Shown in pieces: positions 56,255 through 61,743 of a stretch of DNA of 61,743 bases (within the stretch, counting starts at the first letter, position 1; the number at the start of each line of letters is the position of its first letter). A model generated the notes under the pieces. That model ran no database searches. It saw nothing but the letters and a program-made list of their open reading frames with translations, and was not told the origin of the DNA. Location of the stretch: IMG/VR virus record IMGVR_UViG_3300047560_001038, positions 1 to 61,743 of that record. One strand, 5' to 3'. The position numbers were made by a program, and so were the translations under genes. The DNA is from a virus. Taxonomy: Duplodnaviria > Caudoviricetes.

Positions 56255-56258
56255 AACA

Positions 56259-56558
56259 ATGGCAAGACGTAAAGTAGAGTATACTAAAACAGTGATTAAT
56301 GATCCTTTTGAGCGTGTGTACTCAATGCAGTACGAGAACTTCACAATTGAGCGTGGAGATCTAATCAAGGTTACTGGTGAGTATGGTACTCGTTTTAGAT
56401 TTGAATCAATCACAACCAATCCTAAAAACGGTGCGGTATGGGTAGACTGCTTTGAGATGCACCGTGGACAAGTGGGACCATACCGTTCATTCACTATTGA
56501 TCGTGTAAAGCGTATTCCTAAGCGTAGACCAAGAAAGGCTAAGAGCAATGTCGTTTGA
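56259..56558 (+). CDS. Hypothetical protein (SH3-like)
   Basis: ORF in operon; WVDC...RSF...RVK. Confidence 0.65.
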   Translation: MARRKVEYTKTVINDPFERVYSMQYENFTIERGDLIKVTGEYGTRFRFESITTNPKNGAVWVDCFEMHRGQVGPYRSFTIDRVKRIPKRRPRKAKSNVV

Positions 56559-57081
56559 AGACTTGACAGTAGAACACCTTGATGAAGTAAACAGGGTTGT
56601 AGAAAAATATCTACAGGGCAATGACCCAACACAAATATCTAAAGAGCTTGCCCTTCCTCGTCAGAAGGTTGTCTCTCACATTAAAGAGTGGCAGCTCATG
56701 GCTGCAGATAATGCACTCATTCGTCAACGTGCCAAGGAAGCCCTTGTTGCTGCAGACACACATTATAACTTCCTAATTAATAAAGCATATGAAGTAATCG
56801 ACGAGGCTACCACTGTTGGTAATCTTGGTGCAAAGAACGCAGGTATTAAGTTGGTTCTTGATATCGAATCTAAGCGTATCGATATGCTACAGAAAGCTGG
56901 CTTGCTTGAGAACAAGGAGTTGGCAGAAGAGATGCTTGAGATTGAACGTAAGCAAGATGTATTAAAGGATATCCTTAAAGACATTGCTTCAGAGCATCCA
57001 GAGGTACGTGACAAGATTATGCGTAGACTCTCTGATATATCCAAGAGTGGAGAAGTGATTACGGTTGTCCACGATGTTTGA
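56548..57081 (+). CDS. Putative terminase small subunit
   Basis: N-terminal HTH, helical body; directly upstream of TerL. Confidence 0.6.
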   Translation: MSFEDLTVEHLDEVNRVVEKYLQGNDPTQISKELALPRQKVVSHIKEWQLMAADNALIRQRAKEALVAADTHYNFLINKAYEVIDEATTVGNLGAKNAGIKLVLDIESKRIDMLQKAGLLENKELAEEMLEIERKQDVLKDILKDIASEHPEVRDKIMRRLSDISKSGEVITVVHDV

Positions 57082-58852
57082 TGATTTTATTGATGCTCTA
57101 AAAGATGATAACTTTGACGAGATCCCAGTAGATGCCAGAACTTTTGTAGAGGGTGAGGCTTATCTTGGTCAGCCACCACTGTCAGATATTCAGTATGACA
57201 TCGTTGAGGCTATGAGCCAGATCTATCGCCAGGAGGACCTGGAGAACCTTATGGGTCACGAGGCAGGTGCTCGTTACTATAAGAAGTACACTAAGAACGA
57301 AATTATCCTGCAGCTTGGAAAGGGTAGTGGGAAGGACTTCACATCTACTGTAGCATGTTCTTATATCGTGTATAAGCTTCTATGCCTTAAGGATCCAGCT
57401 CGCTACTTTGGAAAGCCATCTGGTGACGCTATCGATATTATCAACGTTGCTATCAACGCACAACAGGCCAAGAACGTCTTCTTCAAGGGATTTAAGACAA
57501 AGATTGAGAAGTCTCCTTGGTTTGCTGGAAAGTATTATGCAAAGGCTGAGAGCATTGAGTTTGAAAAATCTATCACTGTTTACTCTGGTCACTCAGAGCG
57601 TGAATCTCACGAGGGTCTAAACCTTATGCTTGCTGTGCTTGACGAGATCTCTGGTTTTGCTCAGGAGATTGGATCTGGTAACGACCAGGGTAAGACTGCA
57701 GATAACATCTACAAAGCATTCCGTGCATCTGTAGATTCTCGCTTCCCAGACTTAGGCAAGGTAGCCCTGCTGTCCTTCCCTCGTTATCCTGGAGACTTTA
57801 TTTCAACACAATACGATAAGGTAATTGCCGAGAAGGACGTTATTCATAAGACTCACAAGTTTATTTTAAATCCAGAGCTGCCAGATGATGCAGAAGGCAA
57901 TAGCCTAGAGATTGAGTGGGAAGAAGATGAAATTGTTTCATACAAGTATCCAGGGGTATTCGCACTTAAACGACCTACATGGGTAGTTAATCCCACTCGT
58001 AAGATCGACGACTTTAAGCTTGCATTCTTTACAGACATTGGAGATGCCATGCAACGCTTTGCCTGTATCCCCACATTCGCCTCTGACGCATTCTTCAAAG
58101 ATCGTGACAAGGTTAGAGCCTGTATGACGATACGCAACCCCATCGACACCTTTAAGCGTTTTGACGAGGCATTTAAGCCAGACCCAGACAAGAAATACTT
58201 TGTCCACGCTGACCTTGCACAGAAGCATGACAAGTGTGCTGTAGCAATTGCTCACGTAGAAAAGTGGGTAAACATTCAGGTAATTAAGGACTACCAACAA
58301 GTAGCACCTATTGTAGTAGTAGATGCTGTTGTGTGGTGGGAGCCTCGTGTAGAAGGTCCTGTCAACCTGTCAGAAGTCAAGCAGTGGATCCAAAATCTAA
58401 GACGATTAGGATTTGATATAGGAATGGTTAGCTTTGACCGTTGGAACTCTTTCGATATTCAGAATGAGCTTAAACAAGTTGGCATGAGAACTGACACTGT
58501 TTCTGTTGCTAAGAAGCACTACGAAGACATGGCAATGCTCGTGTATGAAGAGCGACTTGTTATGCCATCAATTGAGTTGTTGTTTGAAGAACTTACAGAA
58601 CTTAAGATCGTAAAGCAGAATCGTGTAGATCACCCTCGCAAGCTTTCTAAAGACCTTGCAGACGCTGTTTGTGGTGCGGTATTCGGTGCAATCTCTCACA
58701 CTCCAAAGGATATAAACACTGAAGTTGAGATCCACACCTTTAGAGACAGGCCAAAACGCCAACTTGACGAACTACCCGAAAATGTGATACACTATACTCC
58801 TAGCCAAAAAAAAGAAATCGAAGACTACCTCGCTGGCTTCGAAATAATGTAG
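57065..58852 (+). CDS. Terminase large subunit (start may be ATG 57074)
   Basis: Walker A LGKGSGKD, Walker B LAVLDE, nuclease HADLA, FDRWNS and KDLADA. Confidence 0.9.
   Translation: MSTMFDDFIDALKDDNFDEIPVDARTFVEGEAYLGQPPLSDIQYDIVEAMSQIYRQEDLENLMGHEAGARYYKKYTKNEIILQLGKGSGKDFTSTVACSYIVYKLLCLKDPARYFGKPSGDAIDIINVAINAQQAKNVFFKGFKTKIEKSPWFAGKYYAKAESIEFEKSITVYSGHSERESHEGLNLMLAVLDEISGFAQEIGSGNDQGKTADNIYKAFRASVDSRFPDLGKVALLSFPRYPGDFISTQYDKVIAEKDVIHKTHKFILNPELPDDAEGNSLEIEWEEDEIVSYKYPGVFALKRPTWVVNPTRKIDDFKLAFFTDIGDAMQRFACIPTFASDAFFKDRDKVRACMTIRNPIDTFKRFDEAFKPDPDKKYFVHADLAQKHDKCAVAIAHVEKWVNIQVIKDYQQVAPIVVVDAVVWWEPRVEGPVNLSEVKQWIQNLRRLGFDIGMVSFDRWNSFDIQNELKQVGMRTDTVSVAKKHYEDMAMLVYEERLVMPSIELLFEELTELKIVKQNRVDHPRKLSKDLADAVCGAVFGAISHTPKDINTEVEIHTFRDRPKRQLDELPENVIHYTPSQKKEIEDYLAGFEIM
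58764..58793 (+). promoter_or_regulatory. Probable promoter TTGACG-N18-TACACT for the nrdIEF operon
   Basis: -35/extended -10 inside the 3' end of terL. Confidence 0.5.
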
Positions 58853-58860
58853 GGAGACCA

Positions 58861-59259
58861 GTGGTACACATTGTATACTTTTCCAACTATTCTGGAAACA
58901 CAAAGCGATTTGTGGACAAGCTAGACGTAGATTCTACAAGAATCTCAATCAGTGATGAAAATGATCCTGTCATAATTAGGCAGGATTATGTGCTCTTTGT
59001 ACCAACATATGGTGGTGGAGCAGAATCATCAGCAATCCCAAGACAAGTAAAAGCATTTCTCAATGTAGAAGCTAACAGGAAACGACTAAAGGCAGTTGTT
59101 GGTTTTGGGAATACAAACTTTGGGGAACACTATTGCAAAGCTGCAGATTTAATTGCAGCTAAAATAGGTGTCCCCATATTGGGCAGGGTAGAGATATTCG
59201 GCACAGAAGAAGACGTAAACACTATTAAAGAAAGGCTGGCGATGCTAGATGACAAGTAA
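58861..59259 (+). CDS. nrdI: NrdI flavodoxin
   Basis: [25 protein letters not shown]. Confidence 0.93.
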   Translation: MVHIVYFSNYSGNTKRFVDKLDVDSTRISISDENDPVIIRQDYVLFVPTYGGGAESSAIPRQVKAFLNVEANRKRLKAVVGFGNTNFGEHYCKAADLIAAKIGVPILGRVEIFGTEEDVNTIKERLAMLDDK

Positions 59260-61366
59260 CTACAGTTACCATGAATTAAACGCAATGCTGAATCTCTACG
59301 ACGAGAATGGTAAGATTCAGTTTGATAAGGACAAGGAGGCTGCAAGGGCATACTTCCTTGATCATGTTAATCAGAATACTGTCTTCTTCCACAGCCTACA
59401 AGAAAAGCTTGACTACCTCGTAGAAAACGAATACTACGAAAAAGAAGTACTGGACATGTATGACTTTCCATTTATTAAGTCATTGTTCCAACACGCATAT
59501 GCACAACGATTCCGTTTCCCAACATTCCTTGGGGCTTATAAGTTCTATACATCGTATGCACTAAAGACATTCGACGGCTCACGATACCTTGAGCGATTTG
59601 AGGATCGTATCTGTATGAACGCACTGATGCTTGCAAAGGGAGACAAGAAGCTTGCCATGTCCCTCGTCAGTGAAATCATCAGTGGTCGTTTTCAGCCAGC
59701 TACACCAACCTTTCTCAATGCTGGCAAGAAGCAACGTGGTGAATTTGTTTCTTGTTTTCTACTCCGTATTGAGGACAACATGGAATCGATTGCTCGTGCA
59801 ATTAACTCCTCCCTCCAGCTTTCTAAGCGTGGTGGTGGTGTAGCTCTTAACCTCACAAACCTTCGTGAGACTGGAGCACCTATCAAGAAGATTGAGAATC
59901 AGTCCTCTGGTGTGCTTCCAGTTATGAAGTTGCTAGAAGACTCGTTCTCATATGCTAACCAGCTTGGTGCTCGTCAGGGTGCTGGGGCAGTGTATCTCAA
60001 TGCACATCACCCAGACATCATGCAATTCTTAGACACCAAGCGTGAGAACGCAGACGAGAAGATGCGAATCAAGACACTATCCATTGGTGTCGTAATCCCC
60101 AACATCACACTAGAATTGGCTAGAGAGAATGCAGACATGTACCTCTTCTCGCCATATGACGTTGAGCGTATCTATGGTGTACCAATGAGCGACATCTCAA
60201 TCACTGAGAAGTACGACGAGATGGTTGACAATCCTGAGATTCGTAAGTCAAAGATCAAGGCTCGTGTCTTGTTCGAACGCATTGCGGAACTCCAGTTTGA
60301 GTCAGGGTATCCATACATTGTTTATGAAGACACAGTAAACGATGCCAACCCCATCGATGGTCGTATCAACATGTCAAACCTTTGTTCAGAGATTCTTCAG
60401 GTAAGCACACCAACCACATACAATGCAGATCTTAGTTATGACAAGATTGGTAAGGATATCTCCTGCAACCTTGGCTCACTAAACATTGCTGCAGTAATGG
60501 ATGGTAAGGACTTTGGTCACACAATTGAGACAGCCATCCGTGCTCTCACAGCAGTAGCAGACCTTTCCTACATTGAATCGGTCATGTCAATTGCTGAGGG
60601 CAACAAGAAGTCTCGTGCTATTGGTCTTGGTCAAATGAACCTACATGGCTACCTTGGTCGTGAGAAGATTCACTACGGATCTGAAGAGGGTATTGACTTT
60701 ACCAACATTTACTTCTATACTGTTCTATACCACGCTCTTAAAGCATCTAACAAACTTGCCAAAGAGACTGGTAGCCCATTCGATGGATTTGAGCGTAGTA
60801 AGTATGCTACAGGAGAATTCTTCGATAAGTACACAAGCCAGGAATGGAAACCAGCCACAAAGAAGGTTGCCAAACTATTTGCAGATGCAAAGGTAGAAAT
60901 TCCAACCCAGCATGATTGGGCTGAACTTGCCAAGTCTGTAAAGAAGCACGGCATTTACAATCAGAACCTTCAGGCTGTTCCACCAACTGGTTCAATTAGT
61001 TACATCAATAATTCAACAAGTTCTATTCACCCAATTGCATCACAGATTGAGATTCGCAAGGAAGGAAAGCTTGGTCGTGTTTACTACCCTGCACCATTCC
61101 TTACCAATGACAACCTTGAGTACTTCAAAGATGCCTACGAGATTGGACCAGAGGCCATTATTGATACCTACGCTGCTGCAACACAGCACGTAGACCAGGG
61201 ACTATCCCTTACCCTCTTCTTTAAAGATACTGCCACAACACGTGACGTGAACAAGGCACAGATCTATGCATGGAAGAAGGGTATCAAGACCATTTACTAC
61301 ATCCGTATTCGACAGCTCGCTCTTGAGGGGACTGACGTTGAGGGTTGCGTAAGCTGTATGCTTTAA
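59249..61366 (+). CDS. nrdE: Class Ib ribonucleotide reductase alpha subunit
   Basis: [28 protein letters not shown]-terminal CVSC. Confidence 0.96.
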   Translation: MTSNYSYHELNAMLNLYDENGKIQFDKDKEAARAYFLDHVNQNTVFFHSLQEKLDYLVENEYYEKEVLDMYDFPFIKSLFQHAYAQRFRFPTFLGAYKFYTSYALKTFDGSRYLERFEDRICMNALMLAKGDKKLAMSLVSEIISGRFQPATPTFLNAGKKQRGEFVSCFLLRIEDNMESIARAINSSLQLSKRGGGVALNLTNLRETGAPIKKIENQSSGVLPVMKLLEDSFSYANQLGARQGAGAVYLNAHHPDIMQFLDTKRENADEKMRIKTLSIGVVIPNITLELARENADMYLFSPYDVERIYGVPMSDISITEKYDEMVDNPEIRKSKIKARVLFERIAELQFESGYPYIVYEDTVNDANPIDGRINMSNLCSEILQVSTPTTYNADLSYDKIGKDISCNLGSLNIAAVMDGKDFGHTIETAIRALTAVADLSYIESVMSIAEGNKKSRAIGLGQMNLHGYLGREKIHYGSEEGIDFTNIYFYTVLYHALKASNKLAKETGSPFDGFERSKYATGEFFDKYTSQEWKPATKKVAKLFADAKVEIPTQHDWAELAKSVKKHGIYNQNLQAVPPTGSISYINNSTSSIHPIASQIEIRKEGKLGRVYYPAPFLTNDNLEYFKDAYEIGPEAIIDTYAAATQHVDQGLSLTLFFKDTATTRDVNKAQIYAWKKGIKTIYYIRIRQLALEGTDVEGCVSCML

Positions 61367-61743
<377 letters not shown>

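Noticed and set aside
57065-57073. DnaA box TTGTCCACG at the terL start
   Set aside because: Single mismatched copy inside overlapping coding sequence
58785-58810. NrdR box upstream of nrdI
   Set aside because: ACACTATACTCC is only a partial match with no palindromic second half or tandem box
48882-61366. Inteins or introns in dnaE, recA, terL or nrdE
   Set aside because: Proteins are of normal length with continuous motifs; no intein C..HN boundaries or LAGLIDADG motifs seen

Overview
A 61.7-kb segment of a large lytic tailed (siphovirus-like) phage genome, roughly 40% GC by eye. The host is inferred to be an Actinomycetota member, from the class Ib nrdH/nrdI/nrdE/nrdF set, DnaE polymerase, leaderless genes, and gene content resembling large Streptomyces/Rhodococcus/freshwater actinophages. 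Layout: (1) 1-2900, a region of tiny early-type ORFs dense in repeated regulatory motifs; (2) 2.4-3.7 kb, a holin-like gene and an NlpC/P60 hydrolase; (3) 3.8-20 kb, fibre/decoration genes interleaved with four glycosyltransferase-like genes; (4) 20.5-44.6 kb, head and tail morphogenesis; (5) 44.6-61.7 kb, replication, recombination, terminase and ribonucleotide reductase. The most notable signals are non-coding. Four early promoters match the TGTC(GG)-N10-TANNNT architecture of host PafBC (DNA-damage) promoters, next to duplicated tandem DnaA boxes. There is also a stand-alone hairpin sRNA, a repeated structured leader and a candidate pseudoknot before dnaE. Among proteins, the fibres appear to form a plug-and-socket chain, a virion-glycosylation cassette is likely, and the tail chaperones are a duplicated pair rather than a frameshifted gene. 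Product calls come from motif recognition and synteny only; no searches were run.
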